Source: a bacterium (GTDB lineage: Bacteria > Patescibacteriota > Minisyncoccia > Phycocordibacterales > Phycocordibacteraceae). From it: a stretch of DNA of 64,000 bases. Both the position numbers and the translations under genes were made by a program. The notes under the pieces were generated by a model that saw only the letters and a list, made by a program, of their open reading frames with translations, was not told the DNA's origin and did not search any database. This document shows, in pieces, positions 26,781-36,922 of the stretch (positions are counted from its first letter, which is position 1; each line of letters starts with the position of its first letter). The stretch covers positions 91,024 through 155,023 of the forward strand of contig JAJZRL010000002.1 of NCBI GenBank assembly GCA_021802705.1. The letters are read 5' to 3'.

Positions 26781-28340
26781 ATGCCCGCAGCGGACGCTTC
26801 GAAGGCTGGCAAGCGAAGCAATCAGGGATATGCGAAAACGCTGGCGGCGCAACCGATCGGGTCGGGCGCGGAGATAGTGAGCGTCGAGGCGGACCTTACG
26901 CGCGGATTGCACACATTTTCAATCGTCGGACTTGCCGATAAGGCGGTCGAAGAGGCTCGCGACAGGGTTAGCGCGGCGATACGCCATTCCGGATTCAAAC
27001 CCCCGAAACAGCAGAATAAGCGCATCGTCCTCTCGCTTTCGCCGGCGAGCTTAAAAAAGGAAGGTTCGCACTACGATCTCGCACTCGCGCTTGCCTACCT
27101 CATTGCAAACGGCGACCTGGTGCCGCAAGCCGGGCAGACGGAAGGGATGCTGTTCATCGGCGAGCTCGCCCTTGATGGAAGCATACGAACGGTACGGGGC
27201 GTACTGCCACAGGTACTCGCTGCAAAACGGCAGAGCATAAAGACGGTCTTTGTCCCGCCGGGGAATGCGCACGAAGCGCTCCTTGCCGAAGGCGTTGAAC
27301 TCTACGCGCCCTCATCGCTTTTCGAGCTCCTCCAGCATCTTCGAGGAGAGAAGGAGATGTCGCAAGCCGAACGCGCCGGACGTCCCTTGCCGCCTCCTGT
27401 GGCTGTCGATTTGCGCGACGTGAAAGGACAAGAGAGCGCCAAACGCGCTCTTGAGATAGCCGCTACCGGCCGGCACAATATTGTTCTGTACGGCCCGCCG
27501 GGAACCGGCAAGACCATGCTCGCTCGCGCGATTCCGGGTATTCTTCCGCCGCTTTCTGACGACGACGTGCTTGAAGTAACCGCCATCCATTCGGTCGCAG
27601 GCCTTCTCAAGGAAGGCGATGCGGTCTATCGTCCGCCTTTCCGTTCGCCGCACCATTCTGTCTCGCACGTAGCGATTGTCGGCGGGGGCGCTTTTCCGAA
27701 AGCGGGCGAGGTAACGCTCGCACATAAAGGCGTCCTCTTCCTCGATGAGTTTCCGGAATTCGAATCGCGCGTGCTCGAAGCGCTTCGTCAGCCGCTTGAA
27801 GATCGCGTGGTGACCGTTTCTCGCGCCCGATCGACGGTGACGTTTCCTGCCGACTGTATGATCGTCGCTGCGATGAATCCTGCGGACACGCTCTCAGGCG
27901 ATGCACGGGTCACGGAGCGCGCGGCCATAAAACAGGCGCGCCGCCTTTCGCGTCCTATCATCGATCGGCTCGACATGTGGATAGAGGTCCCGCTCGTTCC
28001 CCATGAAACGCTCGCCGGCCTCACAAGCGGCGAACCGTCATCGCGCGTGCGAGAGCGCGTCGAAGCCGCTCGCAGGCGTTGCGAAGAGCGTTTTGGAAGC
28101 GGGATGGTCAATGCGGTGCTTACGGGCCGCGATCTCGATCAGGCGGGCAATTTTACCGACTCGGCAAAGGAAGCGCTTGCTCTTGCCGCCGCTCGAATGC
28201 GCCTGTCGCCGCGGAGCTATCACCGTACGATGCGCGTTGCGCGTACCATAGCCGACCTTGCCGGTTCGGAACCGGTGACGCCTGCCTGCGTGCTCGAAGC
28301 GTTGCAGTACCGTCCGCGCGGGCTATTCGGCCTTGAGTGA
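26781..28340 (+). CDS. comM: YifB/ComM Mg-chelatase-like AAA+ helicase
   Basis: [47 protein letters not shown] and LRQPLED motifs; AGGAGG precedes ATG 26781. Confidence 0.93.
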   Translation: MPAADASKAGKRSNQGYAKTLAAQPIGSGAEIVSVEADLTRGLHTFSIVGLADKAVEEARDRVSAAIRHSGFKPPKQQNKRIVLSLSPASLKKEGSHYDLALALAYLIANGDLVPQAGQTEGMLFIGELALDGSIRTVRGVLPQVLAAKRQSIKTVFVPPGNAHEALLAEGVELYAPSSLFELLQHLRGEKEMSQAERAGRPLPPPVAVDLRDVKGQESAKRALEIAATGRHNIVLYGPPGTGKTMLARAIPGILPPLSDDDVLEVTAIHSVAGLLKEGDAVYRPPFRSPHHSVSHVAIVGGGAFPKAGEVTLAHKGVLFLDEFPEFESRVLEALRQPLEDRVVTVSRARSTVTFPADCMIVAAMNPADTLSGDARVTERAAIKQARRLSRPIIDRLDMWIEVPLVPHETLAGLTSGEPSSRVRERVEAARRRCEERFGSGMVNAVLTGRDLDQAGNFTDSAKEALALAAARMRLSPRSYHRTMRVARTIADLAGSEPVTPACVLEALQYRPRGLFGLE

Positions 28341-28368
28341 GCCGGAGAAAAGAGATCTGACGATTATC

Positions 28369-29457
28369 TTACTGCGGAGAGCATATGCTGCCGACCGCAC
28401 AATATCCGAAAGGATTTTTCGCGCCGCGAACCTCGAAATGGAGATGCGGCCCTGTCGCCATACCGGTCGTTCCGACATACCCGATGACCTGTCCGCGATA
28501 TACCGTCTGGCCGCTTGAGACGATAGCGTGCGTCATATGCGCATAGAGCGTTTGCGTATCGTTATCGTGGGTTATGACGACGTAGTTCCCGTACCCGCCG
28601 TTCCACGCTCCGTTATTGCGTGCGACGATGACCGTGCCGTCTGCGGCGGCGTGGATCGGCGTACCGCGCGGTGCGCCGATATCGACGGCGTTCCAGCCGT
28701 GGATAGACTGGGTGATGATGCCCCCCGGCAAAGGATTCCCGTAAAAGCCAAGCTGTGCGGGGCCGCTACCGCCTAAGTACGGCTCCCGTATCACGCGAGG
28801 GATTCTTCGAGAGTAGCCCGAAGAGGCTGCGCGCCGTGCGGGAGCCTGAACGGCGACTTCGCCTCCCGGAATGATCACGACGCTTCCGGCCGTAAGCGCA
28901 GCGGCCGGATCAAGCCCGTTGAATTCGGCGATCTCGTTCTTATCGGCACCATATTTTTGAGCGATCGATTGAAGCGTGTCCCCCTTTGCAACCGTATGTT
29001 CGACGCCGGAAACGGGAAGGATGACGAGCGTATCGCCGGGGTGCACATCGCGGGCGCTTCCGAGATTGTTTGCCCACACGATGGTATTCACCGAGACCCC
29101 GAACATGTCGGCAATCTCGGAAAGCGTATCGCCTGGACGAACGACGTAGATCGAAATACGGTCAGGCGGCGCCACAGGAGCTACGTCCGCGAGAGTACCG
29201 CTCGGGCCGCTGTAAGGGACAAGCGCCGAACCGTCTGACGTGGCAAGAGCGAGCGGCGCGCTTACGTTCGGGTCGCTGTTGATAGCTGCGGCAAGAGCCG
29301 GTGTCGTGGCGCTCGGGATACCGGTATTTACCGCCGCATCAGCACGGCTTGAAAACGGCCAGAAAGCGCTTGCGCGGTCTGGAAGCAGCGTAAGGAAAGA
29401 TGCCGTAACCGCTACGCCAGCGATAAACTGCGTACCTTGCTTTATAAAACGGTATAT
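28369..29457 (-). CDS. LysM x2 + M23 peptidase (start uncertain, probably non-canonical)
   Basis: Two LysM repeats, HGWNAVD, YGNYVVI and GPHLHFE motifs. The frame stays open upstream to 29541 and includes a signal-peptide-like segment. Confidence 0.88.
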   Translation of the reverse strand: MYRFIKQGTQFIAGVAVTASFLTLLPDRASAFWPFSSRADAAVNTGIPSATTPALAAAINSDPNVSAPLALATSDGSALVPYSGPSGTLADVAPVAPPDRISIYVVRPGDTLSEIADMFGVSVNTIVWANNLGSARDVHPGDTLVILPVSGVEHTVAKGDTLQSIAQKYGADKNEIAEFNGLDPAAALTAGSVVIIPGGEVAVQAPARRAASSGYSRRIPRVIREPYLGGSGPAQLGFYGNPLPGGIITQSIHGWNAVDIGAPRGTPIHAAADGTVIVARNNGAWNGGYGNYVVITHDNDTQTLYAHMTHAIVSSGQTVYRGQVIGYVGTTGMATGPHLHFEVRGAKNPFGYCAVGSICSPQ

Positions 29458-29697
29458 ATCCTGTCTCGTGCCTGTTTGCAGCGGATCGGGGGGCTGATTG
29501 GTTGATTCGATGGAAAGGGGGAGGAAACGCAGCGAATCTGATCATACAAAAATGGCTTACATACATAGTGCATATAAGCCATTTCTTGAGTACTTCCGTA
29601 TCAGTCGGTACCGCGTACTATAGTCGATTAAGCGCCCCGAGTCAATCACGTTATTTTCATGCCTGTGGAGAGTAGTTTGTGCGGTATAGTCACGGAT

Positions 29698-31617
29698 GTG
29701 ACGTATCTTGAGGGATTAAACGAGGCACAGAAACGGGCCGTTTTGACGAAAGACGGCCCGATTTCGGTTCTTGCCGGCGCCGGCAGCGGCAAGACGCGCG
29801 TGCTCACGACGCGCATCTATCACCTTATTCGGGAAGGCATCCCGCCGGAAGAGATACTCGCCATAACCTTTACGAACAAGGCCGCCCGCGAGATGCGCGA
29901 GCGCGTGAACGCTCTTCTTAGCCACTCTTCGGGAGAATCGGGTCCTTCGCCTCTCGTCGCGACCTTCCACGGCCTTGGCCGCGAGCTTCTTGAGTCGTAT
30001 GGGAGCGCAATCGGCATCCCGCGATTTTTCAGCGTGTACGATCGTGATGATTCTGAAAAAGCGATCGCGAACGCGCTCAAGGCGCTTGATATTTCGGCAA
30101 AAGAGTTCTCGCCGCGCTCCGTATTGAGCCGCATCTCGCGCCTCAAGGGGGAGGGGGTATCAGCGAGCGAGTTTTACGAAAAGAGCGCGCGCGGGAGCTT
30201 CGGGGGGCGTGTTACCGCGGAAGCCTGGCTTTCTTACGAGAAGGCGCTTCGGGCGGAGAAAGCTCTCGATTTCGACGATCTCATCGTCCTCCCGCTCCGG
30301 CTCCTTGAAGGGCATCCCGATGTTCGCGAGCGCGCGCAGAATCGGTGGCGGTATATCCATATCGATGAATATCAAGACACGAATCTCCTCCAGGGCCGTC
30401 TTGCGGCCATACTTGCCGGCAAGAGGAAGAATCTCTTTGTCGTCGGCGATATCGACCAGACCATCTATACCTGGCGCGGCGCGACGATAGAAAACCTTCT
30501 CGAGTTCGACAAAACCTATCCGGAGGCCGTCACGATCATACTCGAACGCAATTACCGTTCGACCAAAAATCTGGTCGATGCGGCAAATGCTGTCATAAGG
30601 AAAAATAAGAATCGCAAGGAGAAGTCCTCGACGACCGAAAACGCTGCCGGAGAACCCATCCATATCCATGCGACCCGTACCGCCGAAGAGGAAGCGCGCT
30701 GGATCGCCGCGAAGATACGGGAGCTTGTACTTTCCGGAGAAAAACCAGAAGGGATCGCGATACTTTTCCGCACCAACTTCCAGTCGCGCGCGCTTGAGGA
30801 GAGTCTCTTGCGCGCCGGCATCCCGTACAAGCTTCTTGGTACGCGTTTTTTCGCCCGCAAGGAAGTGAAGGACGCGCTTGCATGGATGCGCCTCGCGCTT
30901 GACCCTTCGCGCGAAGCGGACAAGCTGCGCGCCGCATCCTCTCCTCCGCGCGGCCTCGGGAAGGTTACGCTCGGCAAGCTTGCAGCAGGACAGCGCGCGA
31001 TGCTGCGCGCCGGCGAGCTTGCGAAAGTCGCGCAATTCGAGAGCATCATTCTCGAGCTTGAAGCCGCCGCAAAGACGCTCCGACCTTCCGATTTCGTGAA
31101 GCTTGTCATCGAGAAGAGCGGCATGCGCCGCGCGTTCTTTGAAGAAGGGAACGAAGACGACCGTGAACGGTTCCAGAACATCGAAGAGCTCGCTTCTATC
31201 GCGGTGCGCCATGACGCGAGGCCGGGACAGGAAGGCGTCGCCGCCTTTCTCGCCGAGGCCGCTCTTGCAAGCGATCAGGATGAGATGGATCAAGGCGAGA
31301 AGTCCGGTGTAACGCTCATGACCGTTCATGCGGCAAAAGGCCTCGAATTCGATACGGTTTTCGTAAGCGGCATGGAGGAAGGGCTCTTTCCGCATCAAGG
31401 CATGGGTTCGGAAACCGCCCGTGACGAAGAGGAGGAACGCCGGCTTTTCTACGTCGCCATGACGCGCGCGAAGAAACGGCTTTTCCTCGTATTCGCATAC
31501 CTGCGCATCATCTACGGCAGCGAGCGTTTTGCGGAACCCTCTTCGTTCCTGGACGATCTCGACCGCTCGCTCGTGACGTATGATGAATACGATGCGGAAA
31601 GGGTCATCGAGGCGTGA
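29698..31617 (+). CDS. pcrA: UvrD/PcrA ATP-dependent DNA helicase
   Basis: AGAGSGKT, AITFTNKAA, DEYQD, LERNYRS, TVHAAKGLEF and EERRLFYVAMTRA motifs. Confidence 0.95.
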   Translation: MTYLEGLNEAQKRAVLTKDGPISVLAGAGSGKTRVLTTRIYHLIREGIPPEEILAITFTNKAAREMRERVNALLSHSSGESGPSPLVATFHGLGRELLESYGSAIGIPRFFSVYDRDDSEKAIANALKALDISAKEFSPRSVLSRISRLKGEGVSASEFYEKSARGSFGGRVTAEAWLSYEKALRAEKALDFDDLIVLPLRLLEGHPDVRERAQNRWRYIHIDEYQDTNLLQGRLAAILAGKRKNLFVVGDIDQTIYTWRGATIENLLEFDKTYPEAVTIILERNYRSTKNLVDAANAVIRKNKNRKEKSSTTENAAGEPIHIHATRTAEEEARWIAAKIRELVLSGEKPEGIAILFRTNFQSRALEESLLRAGIPYKLLGTRFFARKEVKDALAWMRLALDPSREADKLRAASSPPRGLGKVTLGKLAAGQRAMLRAGELAKVAQFESIILELEAAAKTLRPSDFVKLVIEKSGMRRAFFEEGNEDDRERFQNIEELASIAVRHDARPGQEGVAAFLAEAALASDQDEMDQGEKSGVTLMTVHAAKGLEFDTVFVSGMEEGLFPHQGMGSETARDEEEERRLFYVAMTRAKKRLFLVFAYLRIIYGSERFAEPSSFLDDLDRSLVTYDEYDAERVIEA

Positions 31618-31702
31618 GAAACGTCCTTTTGCCGTCACGGAAGGGGATGCTATCTTTGTATAGAATTCAAGACAAGCTAATCCGTCATCTTACGTACCGC
31701 CC

Positions 31703-33283
31703 ATGATCCAGTACTATCTCAGCATCTTCATAGCGGGCTTCTCGCTCATGACCGTGGAGATAGTTTCATCGAGGATCGTCGCGCCGATCATCGGCTCCTC
31801 GGTCTTTACCTGGACCTCGGTTATCGGGATAACCCTCCTCGGATTATCCATAGGAAGTCTCGTCGGAGGAGAGATAGCTGATAGGTATCTCAAAGCGTAC
31901 GGGCAGAAAGTCTTGTCCTTTGCGCTCTTTGTCGCGGCGTTTCTCGTGTATCTCATCGTGCCGCTCTCGAGAAACGTGGGCTTCATCCTGGACGGATCGT
32001 TTTCTTTGCCCGTATTGTCCATCCTCATATGCGGCGCTCTGTTTCTTTTGCCGGCGCTTTCGATAGGGGCGCTCTCGCCGATAATTTTCAAATTGTACGT
32101 CGGGGATATAAAAAACATAGGCAAGAAATACGGGATACTTTCGAGCGTCTGGTCGGTCGGAAGCATCTTCGGCGTTTTCGTGACGGGATTTTATTTCATA
32201 TCCGTAATCGGCAGTTCCGGCATCATCTCGTTGGTATCCGCGACGCTCTTCCTCCTTTTCTACTTCTTCTCTCTCAAGAATCTTGACCGAAGCTCTCCTC
32301 ATTTCAAACGGCATCTTGCTTTTCTCGTCATCCTGACCCTGCTTCTCCCTCTTGCTTTTTTTTTTGAAAAAAGACCGCCACTCCCCGCAAGCGTACTCTT
32401 TCAAAGAGAGACCGCGTACTACGATCTGCGCGTAGTTGAATACGACCTGTTCCCGCAATATGGGAAAAACAGGATACTTTTCCTTGACACGGATCCAAAC
32501 AGCATCCAGACGGAGAAACCTTCAAAAGAGTTCTATACCGACATCTATCCGGCGTTTTCAGCCCTGTCAGATACGCTCAAGAATATATACGTCATCGGCG
32601 CCGGCGCGTACACCTTACCCATTAACCTGCGAAAATATTATCCCGACTCGAATATAACCGTTTCAGAGATCGATCCCGAGGTCGAGAAAGTCGGTCGTGC
32701 GTACTTTAACGTGGGCAACTATGACATCAAGACGGTGATAGGGGATGCGCGGCTGGATTTTTCTCCGGCGCGCAGCACCGGAGAAAAGTACGACCTGGTA
32801 TTCGGCGATGCGTATAACTCGCTCATCTCCGTACCGTGGTATCTCATGACGAAGGAATTCTTCTCGGACGTGAGAGGCAGCCTGAACCAGGGCGGCATTT
32901 TCGCGATCAATTTCATCGGAACGCTCCAGGGACCGCAATCGAAGGTATTCGGAAGCGTATACAACACCATGAGAGAAGTATTCCCGAACGACTACATTTT
33001 TGCATTCGGCAATACCCCGGAAGAGATACAAAACATAACGATAGTCGGCGTTAAGAGCGATAACCATCTCAGTTACGATGCGCTAGCAGAGAAACTGGAC
33101 ACGATCGATCCGACCTATTTCCTGACGAGATCCCTGGTAGACAAGAGCTCGCTTGACAGCAGCGCTCTCGGGAAGGATATGGTCTTGACCGACAATTTCG
33201 CGCCCGTTGATACCATGATGACCGGGCTGCTTTCCGACTATTTTCCGAAATATCTGCCGCTCTACCGCAAGATGCTACAGTAG
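31703..33283 (+). CDS. fused MFS-like membrane / spermidine synthase-like SAM methyltransferase
   Basis: Multiple N-terminal TMs; VIGAGAY, EIDP, GDAR and DLVFGDAY motifs. Confidence 0.88.
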   Translation: MIQYYLSIFIAGFSLMTVEIVSSRIVAPIIGSSVFTWTSVIGITLLGLSIGSLVGGEIADRYLKAYGQKVLSFALFVAAFLVYLIVPLSRNVGFILDGSFSLPVLSILICGALFLLPALSIGALSPIIFKLYVGDIKNIGKKYGILSSVWSVGSIFGVFVTGFYFISVIGSSGIISLVSATLFLLFYFFSLKNLDRSSPHFKRHLAFLVILTLLLPLAFFFEKRPPLPASVLFQRETAYYDLRVVEYDLFPQYGKNRILFLDTDPNSIQTEKPSKEFYTDIYPAFSALSDTLKNIYVIGAGAYTLPINLRKYYPDSNITVSEIDPEVEKVGRAYFNVGNYDIKTVIGDARLDFSPARSTGEKYDLVFGDAYNSLISVPWYLMTKEFFSDVRGSLNQGGIFAINFIGTLQGPQSKVFGSVYNTMREVFPNDYIFAFGNTPEEIQNITIVGVKSDNHLSYDALAEKLDTIDPTYFLTRSLVDKSSLDSSALGKDMVLTDNFAPVDTMMTGLLSDYFPKYLPLYRKMLQ

Positions 33284-33286
33284 GGC

Positions 33287-34057
33287 ATGGTACGTGCGAA
33301 GAAGTCGCTCGGGCAGAATTTCCTGATGCACGCGCGTATCGCGGAACGCATTGCGAACGTCGCGCACCTGACGCCCGAGGACACGGTGCTTGAAATCGGT
33401 CCCGGCACCGGCATGCTCACGCGAGCGCTTCTCGCGCGGGCGGGGAAGGTGGTTGCGGTCGAGACGGACGGCGAGCTGTATGCGGAGCTCCGCGTCACCT
33501 TCGCGGACGCTATCGCCGCCGGACGGCTTGCGCTCGTACATCGCGATATCCGCGATTTCGCGCCCTCTGCGGATCTTCACGGATATCGCCTCGTCGCGAA
33601 CATCCCGTACTACCTTACCGGTGAGATTTTCCGAATGTTCCTCGAAGCAAAAAACCAACCCCGCTCGATGACGCTCCTCGTGCAGAAAGAAGTCGCCGAA
33701 CGTATCGCGCGTTCGGGAAAAGGGAGCCTCCTTTCGCTTTCGATACGAGCATACGGGACTCCGAAGTATGAGTTCACCGTGCCGCGCGGAGCGTTTCGGC
33801 CCGCACCGAACGTCGACTCCGCCGTTCTTTCGATCCGTGACATTTCGCGCAAGAATTTCCCTTCTCCGGAAGAAGAGCGGCGTTTTTTCAGCCTTTTGCG
33901 CGCCGGTTTCGCTCATAAACGGAAACTTCTCGCCAACAACCTGAAGGAAGCAGGGCTGATTTCCGAAGATATTCCGGAAAAAGCGCGTGCAGAGGACCTC
34001 TCGCTTGTCGACTGGCTCGCATTTGCGCGTTCTTCTCACCGTCCTCGCGAACACTAA
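33287..34057 (+). CDS. rsmA: 16S rRNA m6,2A dimethyltransferase
   Basis: KKSLGQNFL, EIGPGTG, ANIPY, QKEVAER and PAPNVDS motifs. Confidence 0.96.
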   Translation: MVRAKKSLGQNFLMHARIAERIANVAHLTPEDTVLEIGPGTGMLTRALLARAGKVVAVETDGELYAELRVTFADAIAAGRLALVHRDIRDFAPSADLHGYRLVANIPYYLTGEIFRMFLEAKNQPRSMTLLVQKEVAERIARSGKGSLLSLSIRAYGTPKYEFTVPRGAFRPAPNVDSAVLSIRDISRKNFPSPEEERRFFSLLRAGFAHKRKLLANNLKEAGLISEDIPEKARAEDLSLVDWLAFARSSHRPREH

Positions 34058-34120
34058 TGCACATAATACCCCGTATTGCGCCTTTTAAACGCGAAGCGGC
34101 TGGTATACTAAGAACGCACT

Positions 34121-35170
34121 ATGGGGAACGTTCCCAAAATATGGCGTATCGTCGGCGCGGTGTTTTTCTCGATAACGCTTATTGTTGGCGCCTATATGCT
34201 CGGACACGGGGTCGAATCCCCGAATGTCGCCGAGGCATCGACGGAAACCGCCCTTCTTCAGGCGATCGCGACGAAGGACTCGAATGGCGACGGTCTTCCG
34301 GACTGGGAAAAGACGCTCTACGGCATCCCGGTAAACAGCACGACCACCGATTACTTCCATCTCGGCATGACCGACGGCGAAGCGGTCGCGAAAGGCCTCA
34401 TCGTACCGAAGGCGATCGTCGACATACAGGCCAGCACTTCTTCTCCCGCACAGGCCGTTTCAGCGGACAGCTCGCTTCCGCCACCGCCCCCGGACGGAAC
34501 CATCACCGCCTCTTTCGCGAAGAATTTCTTCATGCTCTACCTTGCGGCAAAACAGGCAAACGGCGGAGCGCCGCTCTCCCAAACGGACATAACAAACGTT
34601 ACGCAAGAGGCGCTCCGGCAGCTTTCTCAATCGATAACGCCCGCACCCGATTTCAAGTCGATGCAAAATCTCACGGTCGCCGGCTCGGGACCTGACGCTC
34701 TCAAGTCTTTTGCCGCCGCCGCCGAGGCCGTTTTATTGAAAAATACGAGCAATGCGACGACAAGCGAGATTCACTACCTGCAGTACGCGGTCCAAGACAG
34801 TAACGATACCGACGCGCTCACGCATATCGCGTCGATAGCGAAAGCGTACCGCGATACGGCTGCCGGCCTTGCCGCGCTTCCGGTGCCGCAAGAGCTCGCC
34901 GGAGACGACCTCGCCCTCATAAACGCGCTCGCACGCACGAGCGAGATCTTAAGCGACTTCACACGAGTAAATACCGACCCTCTCGCGACGATGCTCGCGC
35001 TCAATCAGTATCCCCAAGCAGTGCTCTCTATGAGTACCGCATTCCTCCATATCGGCCAGATATATGCGAATGCCGGCATCACGCTTCCGCCGGGCACCCC
35101 CGGCTCGTCATTCGTCAATCTCATGACGAGCGTCACGGCAAGCGAGAAGTCCTCTGCGCAAAAACCATGA
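34121..35170 (+). CDS. membrane-anchored hypothetical protein with a DxNxDG (Ca-binding-like) motif
   Basis: N-terminal TM and DSNGDGLPDWEK; first gene of a tightly coupled four-gene run. Confidence 0.8.
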   Translation: MGNVPKIWRIVGAVFFSITLIVGAYMLGHGVESPNVAEASTETALLQAIATKDSNGDGLPDWEKTLYGIPVNSTTTDYFHLGMTDGEAVAKGLIVPKAIVDIQASTSSPAQAVSADSSLPPPPPDGTITASFAKNFFMLYLAAKQANGGAPLSQTDITNVTQEALRQLSQSITPAPDFKSMQNLTVAGSGPDALKSFAAAAEAVLLKNTSNATTSEIHYLQYAVQDSNDTDALTHIASIAKAYRDTAAGLAALPVPQELAGDDLALINALARTSEILSDFTRVNTDPLATMLALNQYPQAVLSMSTAFLHIGQIYANAGITLPPGTPGSSFVNLMTSVTASEKSSAQKP

Positions 35171-36921
35171 ACCGGCGCCCGCACCACTCGATACTCGCGG
35201 TCCTGCTCGTAGTCTTCCTTGTCGCGCCTATGGCGTTTTTCAGTGTGCCGCCGAAGGCGCACGCGACTCTTCCCGTAGCGGTGGTTGGCACGGTATCGAT
35301 TCCGTTCCAAATAAAAACGAGCATCGAGAGCACCGTTAGTGCCATCAAAAATACGATTACCGCGATCGAGACGACGACGAGCGCCATAGCGAACACGGCG
35401 CTCCAGGTCGATAAGTACGTGCTCGAGCCGCTCGCGTTCGTCCTGTCGGGGCAGCTTCTCAAATCGATGACCGCTGGCATCATCGCGTTTGTCGACGGGC
35501 AAGCGAACGGGACGGGTGTCCCGCAATTCGTGCAGGACCTGCAGGGGCACCTACAGAATGTCGGCGATATCCAAGCGCAGACCTTCTTGACGCAGTTCAA
35601 TGCGAACTCGAATTCGCCGTTTGCTTCCGCGATCACCGTGTCTTTGCAGAATGACTATGCCCAGAAAACGAACCTCGGGGGTTTTCTCGCCAAGAATCAG
35701 TGCACGCTTACCCAGGCTTCGGCGAATCCGACGGCTTTCCTCGCGGGCGACTGGTCGCAGGGCGGTGTCGGCGAGTGGTTCGCGCTCACGACCCAGAACC
35801 AAAACAACCCGTACATGCTCTATCAGAGCTCGCAAAACGAGATGGCGTCGATGGTCGCCGGCGCGACCGCTGCCCGCCTCGCGGAGCTTAACTGGGGGCA
35901 AGGGTTCCTTTCGTGGTGCGGTGACAGTACGACGAATGCCGGCTCGGCCCCTTCGACCGCCGGAGCCTCGACCGGAAGCGGCGTTGTCGGTTCTGCCGGC
36001 GACCCATGCACGCAAACCGACGGGTTGCCGGGCATCGTAAAGACGCCGGGTTCGGTCATCAAGGCAAGTCTCGACAAGGCGCTCGGAACCACGTTCGACA
36101 AGCTCGTCAACATGGGCAATGCTTCAGCCGAAATCAACAGCATCATGGGCAATATCGCCACAGTCATGAGTACGGTCAATTTCGCGACACAGGTCCTCGG
36201 TGGCTCCGGTTCGGGCGGTCTTTTCGGCATCGGGCAAACCTCTTCCGGACAGAGCGGCGGCTCGCAGCTCTCGCAGTATCAGAATTCTCCCAGCTATCTG
36301 GGTACGACGCAGGCAAGCGTTTACAATAGCGCCGCCGCTCTTCCGGCTTCCGGTTCGAACATGCTCAGCAACATCGCGCAGTACCAGTCGGCCTGGAACA
36401 CCATCAACACCGCCGCGAGCAGCGCATCGAACAGCCTCCATGACCTCATCAACTTCTGTTCATCGCAACCATCAGGCGGGTATTACGGCGGTTACTATGG
36501 CTACGGCACCTATACGAGCCCGTCCGTTATCATAAGCGACGCTCAGTCCGCGCTCACGAATGAAATCGCGCCAGTGTTCTCGCAAGTGAACGCGGCTGCC
36601 ACCACTATCGCCGCCGCCCAAGCGATGGTGCAAAAAGTGCAGAACGAGCTCACTGCCGGCGCGAACTCGGCAAGCGGCGCCGGAGGAGCCTATGCGTCCG
36701 ACATCCAGACGCTCCAAAGCATGTCGCCGACCGCCACCGACGTCGCGAACGCGCAGCAGCAAGCGCAGTCTTTCGGGACCGCCTCGGCGAACCCGCAAGG
36801 ATCGCTCTTCGTTTCCGGAGGCTCCTTGCTCGACCAGATGAACCTTATCAGCTCGAACGCGCAAGCGCTCAAGAGCTCCTGTGTTCCGCCGCCGGGCTAT
36901 TTCAATAACAACAATTCGTAA
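35167..36921 (+). CDS. secreted helical hypothetical protein
   Basis: Signal peptide ending AHA; Ser/Gln/Ala-rich; ATGA overlap with the upstream gene. Confidence 0.8.
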   Translation: MNRRPHHSILAVLLVVFLVAPMAFFSVPPKAHATLPVAVVGTVSIPFQIKTSIESTVSAIKNTITAIETTTSAIANTALQVDKYVLEPLAFVLSGQLLKSMTAGIIAFVDGQANGTGVPQFVQDLQGHLQNVGDIQAQTFLTQFNANSNSPFASAITVSLQNDYAQKTNLGGFLAKNQCTLTQASANPTAFLAGDWSQGGVGEWFALTTQNQNNPYMLYQSSQNEMASMVAGATAARLAELNWGQGFLSWCGDSTTNAGSAPSTAGASTGSGVVGSAGDPCTQTDGLPGIVKTPGSVIKASLDKALGTTFDKLVNMGNASAEINSIMGNIATVMSTVNFATQVLGGSGSGGLFGIGQTSSGQSGGSQLSQYQNSPSYLGTTQASVYNSAAALPASGSNMLSNIAQYQSAWNTINTAASSASNSLHDLINFCSSQPSGGYYGGYYGYGTYTSPSVIISDAQSALTNEIAPVFSQVNAAATTIAAAQAMVQKVQNELTAGANSASGAGGAYASDIQTLQSMSPTATDVANAQQQAQSFGTASANPQGSLFVSGGSLLDQMNLISSNAQALKSSCVPPPGYFNNNNS

Positions 36922-36922
36922 T

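Noticed and set aside
27860-27980. ComM lacks the CPCG...CxC cysteine motif (AAMNPADTL)
   Set aside because: As I recall, some functional YifB/ComM proteins also lack these cysteines. The ATPase motifs are intact, so this is not evidence of a novel or dead protein.
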